Numbered from the stretch's first letter, positions 1-9,352 are shown. The stretch: DNA of 32,000 nucleotides from Candidatus Nanopusillus sp. (GCA_028275775.1 JAPWTZ010000001.1:47173-79172), one strand, 5' to 3'. Translations and numbers: made by a program. The notes: generated by a model not told the origin, from the sequence alone.

Positions 1-855
1 AGTGGAGGGGTATTTATTTATGTACCAGAAAATGTTAAAATAAATTTTCCATTACAGGCATATTTTTGGATAGGAACAGAAAATCTAGGACAATTTGAAA
101 GAACATTGATAATAGCAGATAAAAATTCAAAAGTAATTTATATAGAAGGATGTACAGCTCCAATATATAATATATCTTCTTTACATGCTGCAGTAGTAGA
201 GGTTTTTGCAAAGGAAAATTCAGAAGTTACTTATGCTACAATTCAAAACTGGTCAAGAAATATATATAATCTAGTAACAAAGAGAGCAAGAGTATATAAA
301 AATGCTAAGATTAAATGGATATCCGCTGAATTTGGAAGTAAAGTAACAATGCTATATCCAGGATTAATCTTAGAAGAAAATTCTACAGGAGAAATTTATA
401 CAATATCAATTGCAAATGAAAATCAAATAATAGATACTGGTGGAAGAATATTAGTAAACGGAAAAAATTCTAAAGGATATATTGTAACAAAATCTATATC
501 AATAAATGGAAAAGCTGTAAATAGAATAGATATAAAAATATTTAATAATTCTGAAAATTCAAAGGTTATATCTAAATGTGATTCTTTGATAGAAGGAAAT
601 GGACTGGCAGAATCTGTACCAAGAATAGAAATTTACAATAATAAAAATTATTATAATCATGAAGCAAAAACTGAAAAAATAGATGAACAAAAATTACTTT
701 ATTTACAAAGTCTAGGTATAGATAAAAAGAAAGCTAAAAGATTAATATATATGGGATTTGCAGATGACATTCTAAAGAACTTTCCACCTTCTTATCAAAT
801 GAGAATTAAAAAACTACTAGAAATAGAATTAGAGGAAATTGGAGGGTTTGGCTAA
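1..855 (+). CDS. sufB: Fe-S cluster assembly protein SufB (5' end cut by window edge)
   Basis: Frame 1 is open from base 1 (SGGVFIYVPENVK...GQFERTLIIAD precedes the first Met at 106). SufB-type motifs GQFERTLII and YIEGCTAP are present. Confidence 0.85.
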   Translation, partial: SGGVFIYVPENVKINFPLQAYFWIGTENLGQFERTLIIADKNSKVIYIEGCTAPIYNISSLHAAVVEVFAKENSEVTYATIQNWSRNIYNLVTKRARVYKNAKIKWISAEFGSKVTMLYPGLILEENSTGEIYTISIANENQIIDTGGRILVNGKNSKGYIVTKSISINGKAVNRIDIKIFNNSENSKVISKCDSLIEGNGLAESVPRIEIYNNKNYYNHEAKTEKIDEQKLLYLQSLGIDKKKAKRLIYMGFADDILKNFPPSYQMRIKKLLEIELEEIGGFG

Positions 856-3168
856 TTATTTAAATAACCAATTATATATTGTTTTTATATCTTTCTTTAT
901 TATTCTCCTAGCCTCAAACTTCTTAACTTTAAAATAATCAGATATTTTTGCAAAACTCCATGATAATAAAAATTTTCCTATCAATAATTCTTCCTTATCT
1001 ATTTTTGGCTTATCCTTTTCTGTATATAATAAATAATAGATATATAATAATTTTACAATATCAGCAGCAGCTTCATATGTCATAGGTGAAGATAAATAAC
1101 CTTTTAGTCTTTCTATCTGATTATCTGTTAAATTCAATTTATAATGTGGTTTAAATTTGTAAGGTGTTTCTAACATTTTTAATATTAGTTCTGGTGATAA
1201 ATCAAAATATACATCTGATATTTGATTTATTAATCTCCATCTAAATTCATAATTTAACTTTTTAACTATTTTTTCTGATTCTTCATTTAGAGGCTTTATT
1301 ACTATACCAGAATATTCTCCAGAAACCTTATTTTTTTCTGGAGATAAATGAACTAATACAAAATTATTTTTTTGCCAGAAATTCAATAATTCATAAGTTA
1401 TACCAAAACTAGAACCAATCCAGTCATAATTATTCTCTTTAGCCCAATTATATAATTTATCTAATGCTAAAGATCCCAAACCCATTCCTTGAATTTCAGG
1501 TACTGTAGCAATTCTAACAATCCTTAATCCCTTTAATTTAGCAAATTCCTTTATTCTATAATGTTTTACTATTATATCTGGTATTATGTTTCCTTTTGGT
1601 TTATAATCTTTTAACATTTTATTAATTGTATCCTCATCTATACCACCTTCATATGCAATATGTATTCCATTTACAATCTTTCCATTTGATAATTCTAAAA
1701 CAAAAGCATCATGATGTGGTGCATCAGCAAGCATTGCTATATCATTTGGTTTATTTTGATAATGTGCTAAAACATATATTCCAACGAAATTCTTTAATTT
1801 TGGATCATCATTATAAAACCATTCTTTCATTGGTATTTTATAAAATCTTACATCTTTATTTTTTATTAATTCTTTATCACTCTCGTTAATTTCCGAAACT
1901 TCAGAATCTAATAATAATGTATCGTATAACCATTTTTCAATTGGATCTCCTTCATTATATCTAATTGGTTCAATCATATTATATTTATATATCTTAAAAT
2001 CTTTCAGAGAATTTAGATATTTCAAAAATTTGACAGAAAAAGATCTGCCAGCACCTTCATATCCATGAATTGTAGAAGAAAATACAATTTTATCATATTT
2101 TTTAGTATATTCCAATAATATATTTATACCAATACCTGCAGCTTCATCAACAAACAATATATCATATTTTTTTCCCAATATTTCAGATGGCTTTCTATAT
2201 TCAATATATATTTTATTGTTTATTGCTATTTTTCTCTCACTTATTTCTTTATATTTTATATTATTCTTATTTAATCCCAACTTTAAGAATTCAAATAGAG
2301 TTTCTACATTATTAAATTCTGGAGATGTTATACCTATATCATATACTTTTTTACTATTTAATAATATTTCTGAAATTCCAGAAATTACCAAACCAAGAGA
2401 AGCACTTTTTCCTCTTCCTCTATCTGCAATAATTAAATATATTGATTTTTCATCATTTAACAAATTTTCTAAAAGAGAAAGAACATTTACCTGATCTTGT
2501 GTTAAACATAATTTATATATTCTATCTGAAAACTTTCTATTATCTGGCAATAATATTTTCTTTCTTCCAGGCGGATATGCTTCTTCCAATACACATTCAT
2601 CATTTATTCCTTTTATTAATCCTTTTTCTATATCATATATAATTATATTATCATACTGAAGTAATTTATTCTTGAATCTATGTTCAAAATATTTTTTTAC
2701 ATCTTCCAATTTATATGGGGGAGTTAATAAATGTTCATGAAAGGTTGTATAATTTTCTTCAAAATGTTCAAAATCTTTAATTAAGAAAAACGCAATGCCC
2801 ATTCCAGATAAAGTTTCAATAATTCTACCTATATAATCTGGGGTTAGAGATTTGTACATATCTAAAATTAATATATCATATGTTTTTCCCAAAATTTCTT
2901 TAGAATCTTTATATTTAATTTTTTCTATATCTAAAAAATCTACCTTTTCTTTTAATTTTTGAAATCTATATAAATAATCTCCATTAAAATCTTCAGAGAT
3001 ATATAAAATCTTTATATTATTTTTAAAATTCTTAATTCTTTCATAATATATTTTTAATAAATTAGATAATATATCAAAATAATCTTTACCTGATAAAACA
3101 ACAATTCCTCTATGGTTATTTCTAATTATTTTACATAATAACCTATTATAATCATTCAATATATCCAT
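856..3168 (-). CDS. tmcA: tRNA(Met) cytidine acetyltransferase TmcA / NAT10-like (helicase + GNAT)
   Basis: 770 aa. P-loop ADRGRGKSASLG, Walker B-like ILFVDEAAGI, GNAT motif RIVRIATVPEIQGMGLGSLAL. Domain order and length fit TmcA. Confidence 0.75.
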   Translation of the reverse strand: MDILNDYNRLLCKIIRNNHRGIVVLSGKDYFDILSNLLKIYYERIKNFKNNIKILYISEDFNGDYLYRFQKLKEKVDFLDIEKIKYKDSKEILGKTYDILILDMYKSLTPDYIGRIIETLSGMGIAFFLIKDFEHFEENYTTFHEHLLTPPYKLEDVKKYFEHRFKNKLLQYDNIIIYDIEKGLIKGINDECVLEEAYPPGRKKILLPDNRKFSDRIYKLCLTQDQVNVLSLLENLLNDEKSIYLIIADRGRGKSASLGLVISGISEILLNSKKVYDIGITSPEFNNVETLFEFLKLGLNKNNIKYKEISERKIAINNKIYIEYRKPSEILGKKYDILFVDEAAGIGINILLEYTKKYDKIVFSSTIHGYEGAGRSFSVKFLKYLNSLKDFKIYKYNMIEPIRYNEGDPIEKWLYDTLLLDSEVSEINESDKELIKNKDVRFYKIPMKEWFYNDDPKLKNFVGIYVLAHYQNKPNDIAMLADAPHHDAFVLELSNGKIVNGIHIAYEGGIDEDTINKMLKDYKPKGNIIPDIIVKHYRIKEFAKLKGLRIVRIATVPEIQGMGLGSLALDKLYNWAKENNYDWIGSSFGITYELLNFWQKNNFVLVHLSPEKNKVSGEYSGIVIKPLNEESEKIVKKLNYEFRWRLINQISDVYFDLSPELILKMLETPYKFKPHYKLNLTDNQIERLKGYLSSPMTYEAAADIVKLLYIYYLLYTEKDKPKIDKEELLIGKFLLSWSFAKISDYFKVKKFEARRIIKKDIKTIYNWLFK

Positions 3169-3211
3169 ATATAAAATATTAACTAATTACTTATAACTGT
3201 TTTTAGAAAGA

Positions 3212-3356
3212 TGTTAACCTATTGTTAACATTTTGTTAAAGAAATATTAAATTGCGTTAAAACATTAAAACACCTTGTTAATAGGATATTAAATAACAGA
3301 TAAATGTTAATTAAATGATGTTAAAATGTTAATCATATATGTTAAATAAATGTTAA
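3212..3356. repeat. Direct array of TGTTAA hexamers (9 exact copies plus 3 one-mismatch copies), about 11-bp phasing in the left half
   Basis: Exact TGTTAA starts at 3212, 3223, 3234, 3276, 3305, 3319, 3327, 3340, 3351. Variants: TATTAA at 3245 and 3287, CGTTAA at 3255. All copies have the same orientation and lie in a non-coding spacer. Confidence 0.85.
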
Positions 3357-3357
3357 A

Positions 3358-5130
3358 TTAAAGTAAATAATATCTTAATTTCATATCAAGTGATTTTAAT
3401 AATTTTTGATCATCTACAAAAACTATAGATAATCCTTTAGATATTCCTCCAGAATATAATCTAGAAGTTCTTCCAGAAGCCTGTAAATATGTTTTAAGAT
3501 CTACAATATTTAAATATATATTTTTATTTTCATCTATTTCTATAGAAACATCCGGATTTTCTTTTAATTTATCTAATATTTCTTGTCTATCAAGATAAAT
3601 TTTCAAAATATTATACAGTGTTAATATATCATCAGCAAAAGACTTTAAGTATCCGACCAATTCAACATTATTTCCATTTAAAAAGTCAGAAATTAACTTT
3701 AAATCTCCAGAAGACATTTTTTTCATATTTTTTCTCAATCTTGTAAGAATCTTTGTTATTTTATCTTTTTCTATCTCCGATATATAAGGTAAAATTAAGT
3801 TAGATAAGATAATTATGTTCATTATATTTTTCTCAAGATTTTTTATATTTATCTTTATCTTTGGTATACCCAAAAATATTGCATATTTTATTCTTTCAGG
3901 CATATTAATTCCTCTTGTTAATATCCCATATGGATCTGTAATACTAATTAAGAAATTTATTTTTCCTTCATAAAAATCATTTAATATATTTTCAATTTCT
4001 TTTGTTTTTGTTTTTGAATATATTAAACCAACTTTTACATTATTTGATATTAAATAATTATAAATTTCTTTCATATATTCTATTCCTTTCTCTTTTGGAA
4101 CAAATATTAATGCTCCATCCTCCAACTCTTTTAATAAATTCAATAATTCTTCTTTTATATCTTTCTTAGGAATATAATATACATCTATAACATTTCTAAT
4201 CTTTGAACTTCCAGTTCCAATAGTAAAGTTGGCTAGTTCTTTATATAATCTGACTCTTTTTCCCCTTAAACTACCAGTAGCTGAAGATAAAACAATTATT
4301 CCATGATTTTTATTTTTGATTTCTAAAAACCTTTTATATAAATCACTATTAAAATCTAATTTACCAGCCAATTTTAGATCTATTATTTTTTTAGCAATAT
4401 TTATATCATCTTCATTATAACCAATTAAAATAAATAGTTTTTCAATATTTTTTGATCCTTTAAAGAATGAATCTACATCATCTACAAAAGCAATATCAAA
4501 TTTTTTATCCTTTAATATTTCAAAATTTTTAGTTAAAAATTGGTTTGAAATAATTAATATGTTAAATTCATCACTCTTTATTTTTTCTTTAATTTCTTTT
4601 TTATTACCACCATAATATGCTATAAACTTTATATTTAGATTTAGACTACTTATAAATTTATCAAATAAATCACTAAATTGTTTTACAAGTAATCTTGTAG
4701 GTAATATTATTATTATCTTTTTATTGTATTGACTAGAAAAGTAGATAGATGAAATTATAATAAATGTTGATTTTCCAACACCCGTTGGTGCTATCATAGA
4801 GAAACTATTGTTCTTATATAATCTAATAAACCACATTATTTGTACTTTCCATGGATCAGAATTTAATATTTTTTTAAAAAAATCAGAAAATTTATTAATC
4901 TCTTTATATAAATTATAAATATTTGAATAATCTTTTAATTTTCCTTTTTCAGATAATTTTTTATATAGAAGTTCCCTAAAATTGCTTTCATCCTTTATAT
5001 TTAATAATTCTAATATATCATTATCATCTAGATCATTTTCACATGGAAGACCATTTGAAAGTCTATAAGAAGAAATTATACCATTACAATTAAAACATAA
5101 ATTTTTTATATATAAAGGAATGTATTCCAT
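3358..5130 (-). CDS. rgy: Reverse gyrase, helicase-like half only (split reverse gyrase subunit)
   Basis: 590 aa. N-terminal Zn-finger-like CFNCNG...LPCE, Walker A APTGVGKST, reverse-gyrase-type motif II FVDDVDSFFKGSKN, SATG, motif VI QASGRTSRLYSGGISKGLS. The ORF stops before any TOPRIM/topoisomerase IA domain. Confidence 0.85.
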   Translation of the reverse strand: MEYIPLYIKNLCFNCNGIISSYRLSNGLPCENDLDDNDILELLNIKDESNFRELLYKKLSEKGKLKDYSNIYNLYKEINKFSDFFKKILNSDPWKVQIMWFIRLYKNNSFSMIAPTGVGKSTFIIISSIYFSSQYNKKIIIILPTRLLVKQFSDLFDKFISSLNLNIKFIAYYGGNKKEIKEKIKSDEFNILIISNQFLTKNFEILKDKKFDIAFVDDVDSFFKGSKNIEKLFILIGYNEDDINIAKKIIDLKLAGKLDFNSDLYKRFLEIKNKNHGIIVLSSATGSLRGKRVRLYKELANFTIGTGSSKIRNVIDVYYIPKKDIKEELLNLLKELEDGALIFVPKEKGIEYMKEIYNYLISNNVKVGLIYSKTKTKEIENILNDFYEGKINFLISITDPYGILTRGINMPERIKYAIFLGIPKIKINIKNLEKNIMNIIILSNLILPYISEIEKDKITKILTRLRKNMKKMSSGDLKLISDFLNGNNVELVGYLKSFADDILTLYNILKIYLDRQEILDKLKENPDVSIEIDENKNIYLNIVDLKTYLQASGRTSRLYSGGISKGLSIVFVDDQKLLKSLDMKLRYYLL

Positions 5131-5171
5131 ATTTTCTTTTATTTTAAAAATTAATTTAAAAATATTTTATT

Positions 5172-5771
5172 ATGGATATATCAGATATAATTACCTACTT
5201 ACAAAAAGAAAAAGAGAAGAAAACATTACAAAATTTACAAAAAGATTTCTATGTTAAAGTATCAGAATTATTAAAAAAGTATAAAAAACAATTAGAAGCA
5301 TATAAATCTGATAGTAAAGAATATAGAGAAATTATTGCAACAATGGATAGACTAAAAGAAACATTATCAGAATTGATAAATATAAGAATTAGCAAAATAA
5401 TAAATAATACATTATTAGAAGTTAAAGAAGATTTAAATATAATATCGGAAGATTTTTTAGAAGAAGAAGAAAAATTATTATATTCTCTTATAAAGAAGAT
5501 ATTAAAGTCATACAAAGAAAATATACAAAATAAGATTATTAATGGAGAAGAAATAGATATTAATAAATTTTTTTCAGATATAAACATAAATATTTCATTA
5601 TATCAAAATAAAATAGATAAAAAGATTGTTATTATTAAAAATCAATTACCAAAGATTGTTGGACCAAATGGAAAAATATATGGACCTTTTAAAGTTGGAG
5701 ATATAATAATATTAAATAATAACTTTGCTGAGAAACTAGAAAACACCGGAATAGGAAAAATAATTAATTAA
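5172..5771 (+). CDS. GINS subunit-like protein (Gins51/Gins15 type), tentative
   Basis: 199 aa. N-terminal pattern LQNLQKDFYVKVSELL...NIRISKIIN and C-terminal GPFKVGDIIILNNNFAEKL resemble the archaeal GINS A and B domains. Judged by pattern recall only. Confidence 0.45.
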   Translation: MDISDIITYLQKEKEKKTLQNLQKDFYVKVSELLKKYKKQLEAYKSDSKEYREIIATMDRLKETLSELINIRISKIINNTLLEVKEDLNIISEDFLEEEEKLLYSLIKKILKSYKENIQNKIINGEEIDINKFFSDININISLYQNKIDKKIVIIKNQLPKIVGPNGKIYGPFKVGDIIILNNNFAEKLENTGIGKIIN

Positions 5772-5803
5772 ACTTATAAAATTATTTAGTATAATTATCT
5801 TTA

Positions 5804-6118
5804 ATGAAATTACCAAAGACTGTTAACAAATATTGTCCATATTGCAGAAAAGTTACTGAACATAAAGTAATCATTATAAAAAGCGTAAAAACTAGAGCTG
5901 GTTTAGTTTGGGGTGCTAGAAGAGCTAGAGAAGGAAAAAAAGGTAGAGGAAATAAAGGAAAATATAGTAAAAGACCTCAATCACAAAGAAAAAGAGGAAT
6001 TATAAAAACATCTAAAGGAGTTGATATAAGATTAGAATGCAGTGTATGCAAAAAGCAAACTATATGGAAAATAAAAGGTAGATACAAGAAAGTAGAGTTA
6101 TCAACTGCTATAAAATGA
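5804..6118 (+). CDS. rpl44e: 50S ribosomal protein L44e (eL42)
   Basis: 104 aa, highly basic. Zinc ribbon CPYCRK...CSVCKK. N-terminus MKLPKTVNKYCPYCRKVTEHKV is typical of L44e. Confidence 0.85.
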   Translation: MKLPKTVNKYCPYCRKVTEHKVIIIKSVKTRAGLVWGARRAREGKKGRGNKGKYSKRPQSQRKRGIIKTSKGVDIRLECSVCKKQTIWKIKGRYKKVELSTAIK

Positions 6119-6585
6119 AGTCAAAGCTATATTTTGAGGCATTTTCTAATGATAAAGATAAATTAACAGAATTTTTAAATAAAACATTTGAAGCAGTATC
6201 AAAATTCAAAAATTTTCAAGTAATAGATAAAAAAATTGCTGATCCTATAACAAAAGATATAAAAACCCCAGATGGAAAAACTATAAGTGGATGGTCATCA
6301 TATTTAGAAATATATGCAGATTTCAAAGATTTTGATTCATTAATAGATTTTATACTATTTTATACACCATCAAGAATTGATATAGAAGATATAAAAGAAA
6401 TGAGAATTATAACAAAAGATAATGAAATAAAATATAACAAAGAAAAAATCAATTTATTATTAAATCAAATACCCCAAGCTATAAATATGAAAGTATCCGC
6501 ATTATTGAACATATATCTTGCACAAATTAAAAAAGATTCTAAAGGACCAGATAATAAATCATTAACAAATTTAAAAATAAAATAA
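6115..6585 (+). CDS. Hypothetical protein (occupies the slot usually held by S27e after L44e)
   Basis: 156-aa ORF whose start overlaps the L44e stop (ATGA). No motif recognised, and no C4 zinc ribbon, so it is not S27e. Confidence 0.5.
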   Translation: MKSKLYFEAFSNDKDKLTEFLNKTFEAVSKFKNFQVIDKKIADPITKDIKTPDGKTISGWSSYLEIYADFKDFDSLIDFILFYTPSRIDIEDIKEMRIITKDNEIKYNKEKINLLLNQIPQAINMKVSALLNIYLAQIKKDSKGPDNKSLTNLKIK

Positions 6586-6589
6586 AATT

Positions 6590-7387
6590 TTATCCATAAT
6601 AATATCCAGAACTTTTTTCTCTCTTTATTTTTTCTTCCTCTAATTTCTTAATCATATTCAAATCTTTTTCTATTTTTTCTTTTAGTTTCTTACCCTTTTC
6701 TTTTAAATCATTTGTATCAACCTGAAAGTCATATAGCTTACCTAAGATTTCTAATGCCTTTGAAGCACCAAAATATCCATTTATTTGATTTGATAAATAT
6801 GTTTCAACCAATAATAAATAAGCTGGTTTTTTAAATAGTTGAGAATAATATAAAAATAATCCACTCATTCCAACAACAGTATTTGATTTATATAAGTTTA
6901 GTTCTCCTAATTTTTCTTTTATCTTATTTACATCATAATATTTATTTAATGCAAATAAATAATTTGGATTTTCTGGTTCTAATTGATGTGAACCTATTCC
7001 ACCAATTATACTTATTTCTAATAAATTAAATTTACTTATTATTCTGAATAATTTATTCATGAATTTATATCTAAAGTATAAAGATAGTCCAGGATCTTCT
7101 AAAATTGCTATCTGAAAATTGCCATATAATACTAAAAAATTATAATTACCAATTGGAACAGAATATAATTTATAACTTATATTATCTGATATGTATCCAT
7201 CTTTATTTATTTTAACTACATCAGGAAAAAAGTCTGTAATTATTCTTCCAACAAGTTTTCCTTTATAAGTTTCTATTAATTTTTTTCCAACAATTTTTGA
7301 TAAATTTCCAAATCCTCCGCCTATTGAATAAAGAAAAACTATATTATTCATATTTTTTATTTTCTCTTTATCAATTATAAATTCCAT
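6590..7387 (-). CDS. PAC2-family (proteasome assembly chaperone-like, COG1938) protein
   Basis: 265 aa. N-terminal IVFLYSIGGGFGNLSKIVGKKLI...GRIITDFFPDVV fits the PAC2 pattern. Its position directly after aIF2-alpha and Nop10 matches a conserved archaeal gene order. Confidence 0.55.
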   Translation of the reverse strand: MEFIIDKEKIKNMNNIVFLYSIGGGFGNLSKIVGKKLIETYKGKLVGRIITDFFPDVVKINKDGYISDNISYKLYSVPIGNYNFLVLYGNFQIAILEDPGLSLYFRYKFMNKLFRIISKFNLLEISIIGGIGSHQLEPENPNYLFALNKYYDVNKIKEKLGELNLYKSNTVVGMSGLFLYYSQLFKKPAYLLLVETYLSNQINGYFGASKALEILGKLYDFQVDTNDLKEKGKKLKEKIEKDLNMIKKLEEEKIKREKSSGYYYG

Positions 7388-7393
7388 AATATA

Positions 7394-7570
7394 TTATAGT
7401 ATATTATTTCTATATAAAATTTCTCTTTTCATTTTTCTTCTATAATCGCCCCATTTATCATCTGGAGAAAATTTAGGAGGTATTATTCTAGATGTTTTAT
7501 TACTACAAATTGGACAGATTTCTTTAAATGTATATATTTTACAACTTTTACATTTTCTAATCTCTTTCAT
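7394..7570 (-). CDS. nop10: H/ACA RNP protein Nop10 (58 aa, absent from the ORF track)
   Basis: Manual translation gives MKEIRKCKSCKIYTFKEICPICSNKTSRIIPPKFSPDDKWGDYRRKMKREILYRNNIL. It has the CxxC...CxxC zinc ribbon and the PxxFSPxDKxxxYRR signature. ATG at 7570-7568, stop TAA at 7396-7394. Confidence 0.85.
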   Translation of the reverse strand: MKEIRKCKSCKIYTFKEICPICSNKTSRIIPPKFSPDDKWGDYRRKMKREILYRNNIL

Positions 7571-8333
7571 ATTTATTTATTTCATAAATTATATTATAAT
7601 TTTTAGCTTCTCTATTTATTAATTCAAGCATTTCTTTTTCCTTTTTTTGCAAATCAGATGGGCTTATTGTAACATATTTTAACATATATGTTGGAGATCC
7701 TAAATACTTAATCATTATATTTAGATCCCTTATCTTTTTGAGAAATTCCTTTATTTTATATATTCCATCTCCATCTAGACAATATGCCTGCATTATATAT
7801 GTAAACTCATATTTTGGTGGATTTAAATAATCAATTATATATTTATATAATAGATCGGAATATTTTTTACTTATTTTATATTTCTCTAAAACACTCTTTC
7901 CATTTATATAAGCTTCTAAAAATACACTATAAAGTTTGTTTTCTGGAACAATTTTAAATACTATATCCTTTTCCAATTTATCCATATCTATATTTTCTTT
8001 TTCACTCATTATTTTTAATATATTATAAGCAACCATTTCTCTTTTATATTCAAAAATCTTTGCCTTTTGTTTGTTTTTATCAACTCTTTTTAATGATAAA
8101 GTAACTAATCTATTATTTACATCTACATCAAGTACTAAACATACAATCTTTTTACCTTCTCTAACTAAAATTCTTGGATTTGTTATTCTTCTATTTGATA
8201 ATTCATCTATTGGAATTATACCATTAAAATTCTCATATTCATCTAAACTAACTTTTACACCTATATCTGATATATCATTTACAGTACATATAACATAATC
8301 ATTAACTCTTGGATAATCTTTTCTCTTATACAT
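7557..8333 (-). CDS. eif2a: Translation initiation factor aIF2 alpha subunit
   Basis: 258 aa. N-terminal S1 domain (YPRVNDYVICTVNDISDIGVKVSLDEY...GIIPIDELS) followed by helical and alpha-beta domains of the usual length. Confidence 0.85.
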   Translation of the reverse strand: MYKRKDYPRVNDYVICTVNDISDIGVKVSLDEYENFNGIIPIDELSNRRITNPRILVREGKKIVCLVLDVDVNNRLVTLSLKRVDKNKQKAKIFEYKREMVAYNILKIMSEKENIDMDKLEKDIVFKIVPENKLYSVFLEAYINGKSVLEKYKISKKYSDLLYKYIIDYLNPPKYEFTYIMQAYCLDGDGIYKIKEFLKKIRDLNIMIKYLGSPTYMLKYVTISPSDLQKKEKEMLELINREAKNYNIIYEINKYERD

Positions 8334-8377
8334 TTCTTAAAATATATTAAAAATACTTATTAAATTTATATATAACT

Positions 8378-9352
8378 TTAAGTTTTAGTTATTGGAATAT
8401 TATATATATTTTCTTCATAACAATTATATGAAAGGTTCATTAGAACATATGCTGGTATTTCTAAATTTGAATTTAATAAACTTTGAATTTCTGGATTATT
8501 TTGTGCTAATTGTTGTATATTTATACTACATGATATTGTAGATGAATTTATTGGAACATTTTGTGTTGGTGTACATGAGAAACCTCCAACTCCATTTGGT
8601 ATATTTATTTGATTTGCCGCAATAATATCCAATTCTGCATTTACATTAAAAGTAGCTTGACTATTAGAATATACATTGCTAAAACATCCAACAGAATCTT
8701 GGAAAGATATTGAAAAATATATATTTCCGTTAGTTTCATTTACGTTAATAGTAGAAGATACTGGCGTTATTGGAGATGACGAATAATATACAGGTTCACT
8801 TAGTGTTATTTGACTATTAGAATAATTTAATTGTAATGGAATTAATATATTAGTAACAACATTTGATATATTATATTCTACAACAATTGGTATTTGAGTA
8901 GGTACTATTTGAAGACCTGGACTTAGAGAAACTTCAATATTTCCAATAGTAGAATTTGAAGGAATAAGTTGATTAGAAGAAGAATTATAAGTTGGCGGTT
9001 CTGCATTAAAATTACCTGAGTAAGGAGAAGATAAAGCATAACTATAAATATAATATGAAACTTCTAGTTGAGTATTTGACATTGTATAAATATTGTTAAC
9101 ATAAATAACAGGTAAATTATAATTTAAACCACTTGATTCACTATAATTTAATGAAGAAGGAGCTTGAATATATAAATATACGTTTCCAGGCTGATTTAAT
9201 GCCCATGAGGGTTGATATAAATTGGAATTTCCCATATTAAAAAATCCTAAATTTCCAGATCCAATATTACCAATTGGACATGTAGAAAAATAAAATAGAG
9301 TAGTACCTGTAAATAATATTGGTAACAAATATACAAATCTGCCCGACTTCAT
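8378..9352 (-). CDS. Secreted/surface protein, N/S/Y-rich, N-terminal hydrophobic signal
   Basis: 324 aa. N-terminus MKSGRFVYLLPILFTGTTLFYF. Many N-x-S/T sequons, no catalytic motif. Confidence 0.6.
   Translation of the reverse strand: MKSGRFVYLLPILFTGTTLFYFSTCPIGNIGSGNLGFFNMGNSNLYQPSWALNQPGNVYLYIQAPSSLNYSESSGLNYNLPVIYVNNIYTMSNTQLEVSYYIYSYALSSPYSGNFNAEPPTYNSSSNQLIPSNSTIGNIEVSLSPGLQIVPTQIPIVVEYNISNVVTNILIPLQLNYSNSQITLSEPVYYSSSPITPVSSTINVNETNGNIYFSISFQDSVGCFSNVYSNSQATFNVNAELDIIAANQINIPNGVGGFSCTPTQNVPINSSTISCSINIQQLAQNNPEIQSLLNSNLEIPAYVLMNLSYNCYEENIYNIPITKT

Noticed and set aside
1626-2642. Three plus-strand ORFs (1626-1889, 2216-2494, 2442-2642) inside the tmcA region
   Set aside because: They are antisense shadow ORFs fully embedded in a 770-aa gene with clear motifs. 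The translations are low-complexity (L/F/I/H/Y-rich) with no motifs.
3212-3356. TGTTAA array considered as a CRISPR or minisatellite
   Set aside because: The 8-18 bp repeat period (6-bp core) is far too short for CRISPR repeats and spacers, and no cas genes are nearby. It is reported as a motif array instead.
5249-5587. 112-aa minus-strand ORF antisense to the GINS-like gene
   Set aside because: It is fully nested antisense in a longer ORF with a recognisable pattern, and its S/I/F/L-rich composition is typical of the reverse frame of K/E-rich coding sequence.
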